Below are positions 1-9,595 of a stretch of 34,611 nucleotides of DNA, piece by piece. The position numbers and the translations under genes are program-made. Below the pieces are notes generated by a model that had not been told where the DNA came from, searched no databases, and saw only the letters and a list, made by a program, of their open reading frames with translations. Source of the DNA: Candidatus Spyradosoma sp. (GTDB lineage Bacteria; Verrucomicrobiota; Verrucomicrobiia; Opitutales; UBA953); assembly GCA_051884475.1 (NCBI GenBank), contig JBJEVP010000151.1, positions 1 to 34,611 of the forward strand, read 5' to 3'. Each line of letters opens with the position of its first letter. Within the stretch, counting starts at the first letter, position 1.

Positions 1-62
1 ACAATCTCTGGAACTCGTGGCAGCTGCGCCACGCCGACAGGAACGAGACGACGATCAGATGA
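1..62 (+). CDS. 3' end of an upstream gene (partial, product unknown)
   Basis: Frame 3..62 reads NLWNSWQLRHADRNETTIR* with GC3-rich codons like the neighbouring genes; too short to assign. Confidence 0.4.
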   Translation, partial: NLWNSWQLRHADRNETTIR

Positions 63-167
63 CGCGGGCGCCTTTTGCTCCTCGCCGTCCGGGTCTCGCC
101 TGTTCCCGTTTTTCCCCGCAAAAAAAAACTTAACACTCGACGGGCAATAGGTAATAGTTGAATTTCC

Positions 168-1427
168 ATGACCGCTCATCCCTTCATTTCCGCCGAAAAG
201 GCCAACGAACTCGCCGAACGCTTCGGCACTCCGATCTACGTCTACGACGAAAAGACGCTGCGCGCCAACGCCGCCGCCTGTCTCGCTTTCCCGAACGCCT
301 TCGGGCTGACGGCGCGCTTCGCGATGAAGGCCTGTCCGACCGCCGCCGTGCTGAAGCTCTTTCACTCGCTCGGACTGCATTTCGACGCGTCGAGCGTGCA
401 CGAGGTGCGCCGCGCGATGCTCGCGGGCGTTCCCGCGGAAAAGATTTCGCTTTCGACGCAGGAGCTTCCCGAGGATTTCGCGGAAGTGATCCGCCTCGGA
501 ATCCGATTCAACGCGTGTTCGCTCGACCAGCTCGAACGCTACGGCGCGGCCTTCCCGGGAACGCGCGTCGGCGTGCGCTTCAATCCCGGAATGGGTTCGG
601 GCGGCACGGGCAAGACGAACGTCGGCGGGCCGGATTCCTCGTTCGGCATCTGGCACGAGCACGCGGGAACGGTCGAGGCGATTCTCAAAAAACACGGGCT
701 GACGCTCGAGCGCATTCATACGCACATCGGCAGCGGGAGCGATCCCGCCGTCTGGCAGAAGGCGGCGCTGCAGTCGCTCGGCATGGTGCGGCGCTTCCCG
801 ACGGTCGAGACGCTCGATTTCGGCGGCGGCTACAAGGTCGCGCGCGTGCCGGGCGAAAAGACGACCGACCTGCAGGACTGCGGCGCTCCCGTGCGCGACG
901 CGATCGCGAAGCTCGCCGAAGAGACGGGCCGCCGCCTTCATTTCGAAATCGAGCCGGGAACGTATCTCGTCGCCAACGCGGGCGCGATTCTCGCGCGCGT
1001 GCAGGACGTCGTGGACACCGGCGCCGAGGGACGCAGATTCGTCAAGCTCGACACCGGAATGACGGACCTGCTCCGTCCGAGCCTCTACGGCGCGCAGCAT
1101 CCCATTTTCCTCGCGAAAAAGACGGGGCGCGCCGTTCCCGCGGAGACGGCGGACTACGTCGTCGTCGGGCACTGCTGCGAGTCGGGCGACCTCGTGTCGT
1201 GCGCGCCCGGCGAGCCGGAAACGCTTTCGGCGCGGACGCTCCCGCGCGCGGAAATCGGGGATTTCTGCGTGATCGGCGGCGCGGGCGCTTACTGCGCGGC
1301 GATGTCGGCGAAGAACTACAATTCGTTCCCGGAATCCGCCGAAGTGATGATCGCCGAAAACGGCGAGGCGCGGCTCATCCGCCGCCGCCAGACGCTCGAG
1401 CAGATCGTCCAGAACGAAATCGCCTGA
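168..1427 (+). CDS. lysA: Diaminopimelate decarboxylase
   Basis: [10 protein letters not shown]-terminus, PLP lysine motif FAMKA, HTHIGSG, DFGGG, EPG, CESGD and GAGAY motifs of the fold-type III decarboxylases; 419 aa. Confidence 0.93.
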   Translation: MTAHPFISAEKANELAERFGTPIYVYDEKTLRANAAACLAFPNAFGLTARFAMKACPTAAVLKLFHSLGLHFDASSVHEVRRAMLAGVPAEKISLSTQELPEDFAEVIRLGIRFNACSLDQLERYGAAFPGTRVGVRFNPGMGSGGTGKTNVGGPDSSFGIWHEHAGTVEAILKKHGLTLERIHTHIGSGSDPAVWQKAALQSLGMVRRFPTVETLDFGGGYKVARVPGEKTTDLQDCGAPVRDAIAKLAEETGRRLHFEIEPGTYLVANAGAILARVQDVVDTGAEGRRFVKLDTGMTDLLRPSLYGAQHPIFLAKKTGRAVPAETADYVVVGHCCESGDLVSCAPGEPETLSARTLPRAEIGDFCVIGGAGAYCAAMSAKNYNSFPESAEVMIAENGEARLIRRRQTLEQIVQNEIA

Positions 1428-1440
1428 GCGCGCGGCATGA

Positions 1441-1498
1441 CGGCAAAAACCTTGGTGAGAGCCGTCAGTTATCCATTGTCCGCTATCCGTTATCCGCC
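1441..1498. repeat. Intergenic element: CGGCAAAAAC head plus five degenerate heptamers
   Basis: gtcagtt atccatt gtccgct atccgtt atccgcc at 1464-1498; a similar element lies at 32822-32868. Confidence 0.7.
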
Positions 1499-1541
1499 GT
1501 TCCCGTGAGAAGAAACGGGAGGCTTCTCGGGGCTCGCGGCT

Positions 1542-2747
1542 TCAGCGGTCTTCCCGCGTGAGGAGAATCTGAAGGAGGCCCTGGAACGCGCCGTTGCAGA
1601 GCGGACGCTCCCGCGAGACGAGTTCCGCCGAGCGCAGCGCGGACGCGGTTTTCGCGGGAGCGTCGCCGATGAACCAGTGATACCACGTCGCGAAGAGGTC
1701 CGCGCCGCGCGCGGCCGCCGCGAAGGGAATCAGCGCGTCGCATACGAGCGTCTCGAAGCGCGTGCCGCCGAGCGTTCCCGCGAAGATCTTCTCGGAGAAA
1801 AATCTGTGCAGCGCGGGCAGTTTCGTCTTCGCGCGCCAGGCTTTGCCGGAGAGAAGGAATTCCTCGCCGGCGGGAAATTTCTCCGTCGCGGCGAGAAAGT
1901 TCCGCGTCCAGGCGGGATTTTTTTCGAGCAGATTCAGATACTGCGCGATCCGCGCGCGCGGGTGATTCGCCGGACGCACGCCCGCGAGCTTCCAGGCGCC
2001 CGCCTCGGAGCGGAACAGCGCGTCCGCTCCCGCGGCCAGCATCGCCGAGGGCGAGAATTTCAGCGCGAGCCGGGCCATCGGCGCGCGGTTGCGGCGCAGG
2101 CCGAGCGTCTCCATGACGAGCTCGTGAAGCAGGCGTTCCCGCGGCGCGTTTTCGAGGCGTTTCCGCATGAAGGCGACTTTCTGCGCGTAGCGTTCCCGCG
2201 CGCCCGCGACGAGAATCTCCTCGCGTTCCCGCGGCGGTTTCCCGAGCAGAAATTCCGCGGCGGCGTCGGCTTCGGCGCGTCCCTCCAGCGCGGCGAGCGC
2301 TTCGGCGGAGGCGTATTCCTCGACGTCCGCGTTCAGGTGCGGCAGGAGCAGCAGCGTCTCCATCGCGTTTCCGCGCGAGTTCGTCTTCGGGAAATTTTTC
2401 TGCGGAGGAAAGAGCAGGACGTGCAGCACGACGTTCCCGAAGGCGGGATTTTCGTGGTGCCCGTGCGCGGTCCAGTCCTCCGCGTAGAAATGAAATTCGA
2501 CGTCGCCGACGACGCGCCGTCCGCCCACGCGCAGTTCCGCGCCGAGAAAATCCGGACCGTCCAGACGGTTCCATTTCCCGCGCGAAATTATTTCGAGCGG
2601 TTCGCCCGAGAGCGTGCGCATGTTTTCGGCGCGGAAGTCGCCGCGGTTCCAGAGTTTTTGGAAAATGCGCTCCGAGAGCGACACGGGACCGTAGAGTCCC
2701 TGCACTTCGGCGACGCTGAGGGGCGGGGCGGCGTGGAGGTCGGGCAT
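1542..2747 (-). CDS. DUF2851 family protein
   Basis: Motifs GPDF, GDVEFH, W-x2-HGH, NVVLHV and GVRPANHP characteristic of DUF2851; 401 aa. Confidence 0.85.
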   Translation of the reverse strand: MPDLHAAPPLSVAEVQGLYGPVSLSERIFQKLWNRGDFRAENMRTLSGEPLEIISRGKWNRLDGPDFLGAELRVGGRRVVGDVEFHFYAEDWTAHGHHENPAFGNVVLHVLLFPPQKNFPKTNSRGNAMETLLLLPHLNADVEEYASAEALAALEGRAEADAAAEFLLGKPPREREEILVAGARERYAQKVAFMRKRLENAPRERLLHELVMETLGLRRNRAPMARLALKFSPSAMLAAGADALFRSEAGAWKLAGVRPANHPRARIAQYLNLLEKNPAWTRNFLAATEKFPAGEEFLLSGKAWRAKTKLPALHRFFSEKIFAGTLGGTRFETLVCDALIPFAAAARGADLFATWYHWFIGDAPAKTASALRSAELVSRERPLCNGAFQGLLQILLTREDR

Positions 2748-2839
2748 GCTCGGCAGTCAAACGGTTTCGCGCGGCCGCGTCGAGCGCATTTTTTGCTCCG
2801 AAGGGCACTTTCTGTTCGCGGGAACGCCGCAAAAGCGTT

Positions 2840-3781
2840 ATGCTCAAGAGCGTTATGAATCTGAAAATGCTTGCCCTGAAAACCGCGACTTATTTTTCGA
2901 CGCACAGCTTCGCCCGACGCTGCGTCAGCACGGGAGCGCTGCTGCTGCTGCTGTTCTGCGTCGTCTTTTTCGGCAAGATTTACGGAGCGGTCGCGCTGAT
3001 GACGCTCGTTTCCACGCTCGCGCTCTACGAGTTCTACAAGCTCGCCGACCACTTCGGCGGCCGGCCGCGCAAGGCGGTCGGGCTGCTGCTCGGGACGTTG
3101 CTCGTGCCGTTCTTCCATTATTCGGCGACGAAGGACCCCGTCGCGGCCGCGGAGGGCGCTCCCGCGCTGCTCGGCGCCGTCGGGGCGGTTTTCCTTTTCG
3201 GCCTCTGGCTCATGGCGACGAAAAAAATTCCCGTGCCGGTCAAGGCGCTTTCCACGGTGTTCGGGCTGATCTACATTCCGCTGGCGGTCGGGTTTTACGC
3301 GCTGCTCGCCGGGCTCTACGGCATGGACGGCGTGCTGCTCTGCGTGTGGATCGTGCTCGCGGCGAAGTTCACGGACATCGGCGGGCTCGTCGTCGGATGC
3401 CGTTTCGGAAAGCACAAGCTCGCCCCGAACGTCAGTCCGAAAAAGACCTGGGAGGGCGTCTTCGGCGGCGCGGCGTTTTCGATGCTCGGGAGCGCGGGGC
3501 TGATCGCCGCGTTCAATCATTTTGAGGTCTGGGAAAAGAACCTCGAAGGACAGGCTCTGCGCATCGCGGAATTTCCTGTTTGGGAAGCCGCGCTGCTCGC
3601 CTTGCCGATCGCGGGAACGAGCGTCGTTTCCGACCTCGTCGAAAGCGCGTTCAAGCGCCAGGCCGGCGACAAGGATTCCGGCGCGACGATTCCCGGAATC
3701 GGCGGCGCGCTCGATCTTCTCGATTCCCTGATCTTCGTCGCTCCGCTCGGCTACGCGCTCGTCGTCTACGTCGTGCTGTGA
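2840..3781 (+). CDS. cdsA: Phosphatidate cytidylyltransferase
   Basis: Polytopic membrane protein with GKHKLAPNVSPKKTWEG and DLVESAFKR-x4-KDSG-x2-IPG-x-GG-x-LD-x2-DS signature; start may be 2840, 2855 or 2867. Confidence 0.93.
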   Translation: MLKSVMNLKMLALKTATYFSTHSFARRCVSTGALLLLLFCVVFFGKIYGAVALMTLVSTLALYEFYKLADHFGGRPRKAVGLLLGTLLVPFFHYSATKDPVAAAEGAPALLGAVGAVFLFGLWLMATKKIPVPVKALSTVFGLIYIPLAVGFYALLAGLYGMDGVLLCVWIVLAAKFTDIGGLVVGCRFGKHKLAPNVSPKKTWEGVFGGAAFSMLGSAGLIAAFNHFEVWEKNLEGQALRIAEFPVWEAALLALPIAGTSVVSDLVESAFKRQAGDKDSGATIPGIGGALDLLDSLIFVAPLGYALVVYVVL

Positions 3782-3788
3782 TTTAGAA

Positions 3789-3815
3789 ACACAGATGCAA
3801 CGGATGAAGACAGAT
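3789..3815 (+). repeat. Left arm of a 27-bp imperfect inverted repeat flanking the GxxExxY gene
   Basis: acacagatgcaacggatgaagacagat matches the reverse complement of 4204-4230 at 24/27 positions. Confidence 0.85.
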
Positions 3816-4199
3816 GGGCTGAACGAGCTCACGCGGCGCATCATCGGCGCCGTTTTCTCCGTGCATTCCGCTTTGGGAAGCGGTTTTTTGGAAAAGGTTT
3901 ACGAGAACGCACTTGCGTTGGAGCTGAAGCTCGCCGGAATGAAGTTCGAAACGCAGTGCCCGGTGAAAGTCGCTTATCGGGGCGAAACCGTAGGTGATTT
4001 CGTCGCGGACGTCCTTGTCGAAGATACGGTCCTCGTCGAGCTGAAAGCGGTGAAGGCATTGAGCGACGCCCATTCCGCGCAGTGCGTGAACTACATCAAG
4101 GCCACGGGACTGCCCGTCTGCCTGCTCGTCAATTTCGGAGAGGAAAAAGCAAAGATCAGGCGCTTCATCAATCCCGCGCTTCGGCTTTCCCTCGACTGA
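3795..4199 (+). CDS. GxxExxY family protein (PD-(D/E)XK-like fold)
   Basis: LGSGFLEKVYENAL (GxxExxY), ADVLVED-x4-ELKAV, Q-x2-NY and LLVNFG motifs; start 3795 or 3804. Confidence 0.92.
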   Translation: MQRMKTDGLNELTRRIIGAVFSVHSALGSGFLEKVYENALALELKLAGMKFETQCPVKVAYRGETVGDFVADVLVEDTVLVELKAVKALSDAHSAQCVNYIKATGLPVCLLVNFGEEKAKIRRFINPALRLSLD

Positions 4200-4203
4200 A
4201 AAA

Positions 4204-4230
4204 ATCTGTTTTCATCCGTTTCATCCGTGT
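4204..4230 (-). repeat. Right arm of the inverted repeat flanking the GxxExxY gene
   Basis: atctgttttcatccgtttcatccgtgt; overlaps the predicted GTG start of miaA at 4227. Confidence 0.85.
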
Positions 4231-5162
4231 CAAAAAACGAAAAAGAAATCTTCGTGCTCACGGGAACGACGGCGGTCGGCAAGACCGAGCTCGCTCTCGC
4301 GTGGGCGGAGGCGAACGGCGCCGAGATTCTTTCCTGCGACTCGACGAACGTCTATCGCGGCATGGACATCGGCACCGCGAAGCCTACGCGCGAAGAGCGT
4401 TCCCGCGTGCCGCATCATGGGCTCGACCTCGTCGCGCCGAACGAAAAATTCTCCGTCGGCGATTACGTCGAATATTCCGTGCGCGTCGTCGCCGACGTCT
4501 TTTCCCGCGGGAAAAAAATTCTGGTGACGGGCGGGAGCGGATTCTATCTCAAATCGTTTTTCGCGCCCGTGACGGACGAGCTTGAAATCCCGCCCGCCGC
4601 GCGGGAACGCGTCGCGGCGATTCTCGCGCGCGGGAACGCGTTCGCCGAAAACGCGCTTCGGGAGCTCAACGACGGCGGGAACGCCGCGCCGGAGAATTTC
4701 GACTGGGCGAATCCGCGCCGCGTGGCGAAGGGACTGGAGCGCTGCATCGCCTCAGGCAAGACGCTTTCCGCGCTGAAGGCGGAGTTCGACGCGAGAAAAT
4801 GCCCGTTCGCGGAGTTTCCGAAACGCACGGTGCTGCTCGTGCGCGACAGGGATTCTCTGAACCGGAGAATCGACGCCCGCGTGAAAAAAATGCTCGCGGA
4901 CGGACTCGTCGAGGAAGTGCGCGCGCTCGCGTCCGCCGGGCTGCTCGTTCCCGACACGCCCGCCGGGAACGCCATCGGCTACCGCGAGACGCTCGCCTGG
5001 CTCGGCGGCGGCGAGCCGGGCGGCGTTCCCGCGCTCGCGGAGGCGATCGCGCTCTCCACGCGGCGGCTCGCCGCGAAACAGCGCAAGTGGTTCCGCACGC
5101 AGATCGTCGCGGACGAGGTGCGGACGCTCGATTCGCGGCCTTGCCGGATTTCTGATTTTTGA
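4227..5162 (+). CDS. miaA: tRNA dimethylallyltransferase
   Basis: P-loop GTTAVGKT, DS-x2-VYRGMDIGTAKPT, PHH, GGSGFY, AIGYRE, AAKQRKWFR; GTG start. Confidence 0.95.
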   Translation: MSKNEKEIFVLTGTTAVGKTELALAWAEANGAEILSCDSTNVYRGMDIGTAKPTREERSRVPHHGLDLVAPNEKFSVGDYVEYSVRVVADVFSRGKKILVTGGSGFYLKSFFAPVTDELEIPPAARERVAAILARGNAFAENALRELNDGGNAAPENFDWANPRRVAKGLERCIASGKTLSALKAEFDARKCPFAEFPKRTVLLVRDRDSLNRRIDARVKKMLADGLVEEVRALASAGLLVPDTPAGNAIGYRETLAWLGGGEPGGVPALAEAIALSTRRLAAKQRKWFRTQIVADEVRTLDSRPCRISDF

Positions 5163-5178
5163 TTCAAATTCCATCGAC

Positions 5179-5574
5179 ATGGAAAAAGACATCGGAGAAA
5201 CGGACGAAATTTTCGTGAAAGGCGTTCGCGCCTACGGATTTCACGGCGTTTTTGAAGAAGAGAACCGCGAGGGCCAGCGGTTTTCCGTCGATCTGAAGAT
5301 GCGGCTTTCGCTCGCGGAAGCCGCAGCGAGCGACGATCTGGAGAAGACCGTCGATTATTCCCGCGCGGCGGCGCTCGCGAAGGAATGCGTCGAGGCGCGC
5401 CCGCCGTTCCGGCTCATCGAGCGCCTCGCGGGAACGATCGCCGAAAAGATTCTCGCGGCGTTCCCGCGGGTCGCGGAAGTCGAAGTGCGCGTGCACAAGC
5501 CGGAGGCGCCCGTCGCCGCGGATTTCGACGATCTCGGCGTGACGCTGCGCCGGCGGCGGGAACGCCCGCGGTGA
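5179..5574 (+). CDS. folB: Dihydroneopterin aldolase
   Basis: GFHGVFEEE-x3-GQRF-x-VDL, SDDLEKTVDY, LIERLA and HKPEAP motifs. Confidence 0.93.
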   Translation: MEKDIGETDEIFVKGVRAYGFHGVFEEENREGQRFSVDLKMRLSLAEAAASDDLEKTVDYSRAAALAKECVEARPPFRLIERLAGTIAEKILAAFPRVAEVEVRVHKPEAPVAADFDDLGVTLRRRRERPR

Positions 5575-5623
5575 ATCAGGAGGCGGCCGCGGGAAGCGCC
5601 CCGCGCTCCCGCACGCCGAGGGC

Positions 5624-6601
5624 TCATTCCTCCCTGCGCTTCGCGCCCGTGAGCCGCGAGCCGTAGCGTTCCCGCAGGAACTCGGCGAGATTGAAGAAAT
5701 CCGCCGGGAGCGGCGCGCGCAGGTCGAGCGGCGCGCCCGTGATCGGGTGTTCGAGCCGCAGGCGCTCCGCGTGGAGCATGACGCGCGGCATGGGCCAGCC
5801 CTCGTGCCGGTGCTGAATTTTTCCGTAGGTCCTGTCTCCGAGAATCGGATGCCCGATGAACGCGAGGTGGACGCGTATCTGGTGCGTGCGCCCCGTGTGC
5901 AGAACGCAGCGCACGAGCGCCGCGCGGTCGCCGAAGCGCTCCTCGACGAACCAGTCCGTGCGCGCGGGCTTGCCGTTTTCGCGCACGCACATTTTCGTGC
6001 GGTTGGTCGGGTGGCGGTCGATCGGTTCGCGGATCACGCCCGCGAGCAGATCCGGAGCGCCGTCCGTGAGCGCGAGATACTGCTTGTCGAGCGCGCGTTC
6101 GGAAAATTTTTCTATGAGCGCGTAGTAGGCGGCGTCCGTCTTCGCGAAAAGAATGACGCCGGAAGTCTCCTTGTCGAGACGGTGCACGACGCCGGGCCGC
6201 GCCTCGCCGCCCGCGAGCGCGAGCCTGCCGCCCGTGTGGTGGAGCAGGGCGTGGACGAGCGTGTCGTCGCCCGTTCCCGCGCCGGGATGCGTGACGATTC
6301 CCGCCTCCTTGTTGATCGCGATCAGATGCTCGTCCTCGAAAAGCACGTCGAGCGGAATGTCCGCGGGAACGAGCTCGGTCGTCGCCTCAGGCGGGAACGC
6401 GACGGCGATTTTTTCTCCGGCGGCGACGGGCGTCTTTCGCGAAAGAATTTTTTCCGTTCCGGCGAGCGAGACGCCTCCCGCGTCGATGATTTTCTGCAGG
6501 CGGGAACGGCTCATGTCGGGAAACATTTCCGCGAGCGCCTTGTCGGCGCGGAGTCCGCCGCAGCGCGCGGGAACGGTGAAGACTTCGGGTGCGTCGGGCA
6601 T
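5624..6601 (-). CDS. rluD: RluA-family pseudouridine synthase with N-terminal S4 domain (RluD-like)
   Basis: RADKALA..SRSRLQK S4 region, RPGVVHRLDKETSG catalytic motif, TGRTHQIRVH, LHA. Confidence 0.88.
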   Translation of the reverse strand: MPDAPEVFTVPARCGGLRADKALAEMFPDMSRSRLQKIIDAGGVSLAGTEKILSRKTPVAAGEKIAVAFPPEATTELVPADIPLDVLFEDEHLIAINKEAGIVTHPGAGTGDDTLVHALLHHTGGRLALAGGEARPGVVHRLDKETSGVILFAKTDAAYYALIEKFSERALDKQYLALTDGAPDLLAGVIREPIDRHPTNRTKMCVRENGKPARTDWFVEERFGDRAALVRCVLHTGRTHQIRVHLAFIGHPILGDRTYGKIQHRHEGWPMPRVMLHAERLRLEHPITGAPLDLRAPLPADFFNLAEFLRERYGSRLTGAKRREE

Positions 6602-6625
6602 GGCGTGCGCGGCGGTGCGCCGTCG

Positions 6626-7081
6626 TTATTTCGTGACGAGGAGGGCGCCGTTCACGTTCGCGTGCCAGAACAGCGCGAGGTCGTAGCCCGCGAGTCCGAG
6701 CCCGACGATCTGTCCGACGCACACGGGCGCGATGACGGATTTGTGCCGGAACTCTTCGCGCGCGTGGACGTTGGAGATGTGCACTTCGACGGTCGGAATC
6801 GCGCAGCCCGCGATGCAGTCGCGCAGCGCGATGCTCGTGTGAGTGAACGCGCCGGGATTGAACACGAGGCCCGAGAAGCCGCGGTCCGTCCATTCGCAGA
6901 TCTTGTCCGCGAGCGCGCCCTCGTGGTTGCTCTGGAAACATTCGATTTCCACGCCGAGCGTCTTCGCCGTCTCGTCGAGGTTGCGCTCGAGGTCCGCGAG
7001 CGTCGTTCTGCCGTAGATTTCCGGTTCGCGCACGCCGAGGCGGTTGAGATTCACGCCGTTCAAAATTCCTATTTTCTTCAT
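6626..7081 (-). CDS. aroQ: Type II 3-dehydroquinate dehydratase
   Basis: [10 protein letters not shown]-x-REPEIYG, [27 protein letters not shown]; start placed at ATG 7081 (MKKIGIL) rather than the longer ORF start. Confidence 0.95.
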   Translation of the reverse strand: MKKIGILNGVNLNRLGVREPEIYGRTTLADLERNLDETAKTLGVEIECFQSNHEGALADKICEWTDRGFSGLVFNPGAFTHTSIALRDCIAGCAIPTVEVHISNVHAREEFRHKSVIAPVCVGQIVGLGLAGYDLALFWHANVNGALLVTK

Positions 7082-7208
7082 GATGCCCGCGATTCTATAA
7101 CGGAACGCGTTCCCGTGAAATGATTTTTTCAGGAGGGCGGACGTCAGGAAATCGGTTGCGTTCCCGTGAAGCATCGGCGAAAATCCCCGCTCAGACGAAC
7201 CGGAAATC

Positions 7209-8105
7209 ATGAAAGTCGAATTTTTCAACAGAGAAACGGGCAGGACGGAAACGGAAGCCATCTACGGCGAAGGCGCTCTGCGTTGGGTTTACGAGACGCT
7301 GCTCGGCAAGGCCGCGCTCGCGGTGCTCATCCGCCGCGCGTTCTTTTCGAAAATCTTCGGCGCGCTGATGTCGCGCCCGAGCTCCCGCGCGAAGATCGCG
7401 CCGTTCATCGCGCAGTACGGGCTGGATCCGGCGGAGTTCGCCGATCCGGTCGAGAGCTTCGGGTCGTTCAACGATTTCTTTTCCCGAAAGCTCAAGCCCT
7501 CGGCGCGCCCGATAGCGGATTCCGCCGCCGTGCTTCCCGCCGACGGGCGCCATCTCGCGTTCCCGCGCGCCGACGCGGGCGAGATGACGATCTACGCCAA
7601 GGGGCAGGCCTTCGATCTGGAAAAACTGCTCGGCGACGCCGCGCTCGCCCGACGCTATCACGGCGGCGCGATTCTGTGTTCCCGCCTTTGTCCGACGGAC
7701 TATCACCGCTTCCATTTCCCGGTCGCGGGAACGCCGTCCGCTCCGCGCGTCGTGAACGGCGAGCTGTTCTCCGTGAACCCGATCGCGCTTTCCGGGCGCA
7801 TCGCCTATCTCTGGGAAAACAAGCGCGAGATCGTCGAGATCGATTCTCCCGAATTCGGCAAGGTGACGCAGGTCATCATCGGCGCGACGAACGTCGGCAC
7901 GATCCGCACGACCTTCACGCCGGGAAAATTCCACGAAAAGGGCGCCGAACTCGGCTACTTCCGCTTCGGCGGGTCGTTCGTCGCGACGCTTTTCGAGCCG
8001 GGAAGGATCGCGCTCGCCGAAGATCTGGTCCGAAATTCCGCCGACGGGCGCGAGACCTACGCCAAGATGGGCACTCCGCTCGGCGCTCCGGCCGCGCGGG
8101 AATGA
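7209..8105 (+). CDS. psd: Phosphatidylserine decarboxylase proenzyme
   Basis: [35 protein letters not shown] and the FGGS self-cleavage motif. Confidence 0.9.
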   Translation: MKVEFFNRETGRTETEAIYGEGALRWVYETLLGKAALAVLIRRAFFSKIFGALMSRPSSRAKIAPFIAQYGLDPAEFADPVESFGSFNDFFSRKLKPSARPIADSAAVLPADGRHLAFPRADAGEMTIYAKGQAFDLEKLLGDAALARRYHGGAILCSRLCPTDYHRFHFPVAGTPSAPRVVNGELFSVNPIALSGRIAYLWENKREIVEIDSPEFGKVTQVIIGATNVGTIRTTFTPGKFHEKGAELGYFRFGGSFVATLFEPGRIALAEDLVRNSADGRETYAKMGTPLGAPAARE

Positions 8106-8316
8106 AGGTGCAGGCCGCGGCGCGAACGGAGGAAAGACATTTCCCTTTCGGGGAAGTTCCTTTCGGAGGGATTTCGTCGGGCGACCGGAGACTTCCCCCG
8201 CGCGATTTCCGAGGACCAATTTCTTATGGCGTTTTTCCGCGGAAGCGCATAGCATTCGCTCATCGTTTCCCTCACAGTTCTTTTTCCTTTAACCGAACAA
8301 AACCCTTTTTAGAAAA

Positions 8317-9003
8317 ATGGAGACCGTAATCGAACATCTTTCCAGCCTTCGCGTCATTCCCATCGCGATTTTCGACGACCCGGAAAAAGCCGTTCCGCTG
8401 GCGCGCGCGCTCCTCGCGGGCGGCTGCGACGTCGTGGAGGTTTCGTTCCGCTCGGCGGCGGCGCCGGCGTCCGTGGCGAACATCGCCGCGGAAGTTCCGG
8501 AAATGTTCGTCGGCGCGGGCTCGCTGCTCTCCGTCGACGAAGTTTCCGTCGCCGCGTCCGCGGGCGCGAGTTTCGGCATCGCGCCGGGCTTCGATCCTTC
8601 CGTCGTCAAGGCGGCTTCGGACGCGGGCTTCCCGTTCGTGCCCGGCTTCCTCACGCCGTCGAACGTGACGCAGGCGCTTTCGTTCGGGTGCGAGGTGCAG
8701 AAGTTCTTCCCGGCCGAACCCATCGGTCCCGCCGTGCTGACGGCTTCGCTCGCCGCGTTCAATCACAAGCACAATCTCAAGGTGATCGCCGCCGGCGGCA
8801 TCACTCCGGACAACATCGGACGCTGGCTCGCCGTTCCTCAGGTCGTCGCCTGCGGCGCCTCGTGGGTGTGCCCGAAGGCGATGATCGAGGCCGAAGACTG
8901 GGCCGGAATCACCGCGCGCACGCAGCAGATTCTCTCGGTCGCGGCGGGCGCCGTGCCTCCGCCCGCGGTCGTTCCCGCGGCCCCGGACGTTCCCGCCGCG
9001 TGA
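8317..9003 (+). CDS. eda: KHG/KDPG aldolase
   Basis: E-V-x-F-R, VGAG, PG, Schiff-base lysine in KFFPAE, GGI; Ala/Pro-rich C-terminal tail. Confidence 0.88.
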   Translation: METVIEHLSSLRVIPIAIFDDPEKAVPLARALLAGGCDVVEVSFRSAAAPASVANIAAEVPEMFVGAGSLLSVDEVSVAASAGASFGIAPGFDPSVVKAASDAGFPFVPGFLTPSNVTQALSFGCEVQKFFPAEPIGPAVLTASLAAFNHKHNLKVIAAGGITPDNIGRWLAVPQVVACGASWVCPKAMIEAEDWAGITARTQQILSVAAGAVPPPAVVPAAPDVPAA

Positions 9004-9051
9004 GCGTCGGAAACGCGTTCCCGCAGATTTTTTTCAGGACCGTTTTCCGAG

Positions 9052-9345
9052 ATGTTCCGCCTGTCGCTCGTGCTCTCCGCCGTGCATTTCGTGCTTTCCT
9101 ACGGACTGCGCTTCGGTTTTCTCTACACGGCGAAGCTCGATTCCGAGTTCGCTCAGGCGTGTTCCCGCTTCGCGGAAAAAATCGAGTTCGTGCTCACGCA
9201 GCCCGGGCGTCTGGTGTTCGAGTTCTTCGCCTGGGAGGACGGGAGCGTCGGTTTTTGGGTGCTGATGGTCCTCACCTCCGTTCTTTGGGGCAACGTCGCC
9301 GCCTTTCTCTTCAAACGCGTCTTCGCCGCGCTCTTCCGCAACTGA
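9052..9345 (+). CDS. Small hypothetical membrane protein
   Basis: 97 aa with two hydrophobic segments and host-like codon usage; no recognisable motif. Confidence 0.6.
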   Translation: MFRLSLVLSAVHFVLSYGLRFGFLYTAKLDSEFAQACSRFAEKIEFVLTQPGRLVFEFFAWEDGSVGFWVLMVLTSVLWGNVAAFLFKRVFAALFRN

Positions 9346-9523
9346 ATGCGCTCCGACTTTTCTGATTTCGAACTCTCCGCGCCCAGGGGTTTCTCAGATT
9401 CTCGATTTGGGATTTCCGCAGACGCGTATTCTCCCGATTCGCAAAACGGCGGTATTTCTTCATCGCCCAAGTCTTCTCGGTCTTCCTGTTTCCGGGAGCA
9501 CTCCGATTCGCGACTAATTAATA

Positions 9524-9533
9524 CCCCCCCCCC
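9524..9533 (+). repeat. C10 homopolymer upstream of, or in the 5' end of, the GtrA-family gene
   Basis: taattaata-C10-gaaat. Confidence 0.9.
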
Positions 9534-9595
9534 GAAATCCCCCTTTAACTGACCTCCCGAAAAAGCTGTTCGCGGACAGGCGTTTCCGAGAGCTC

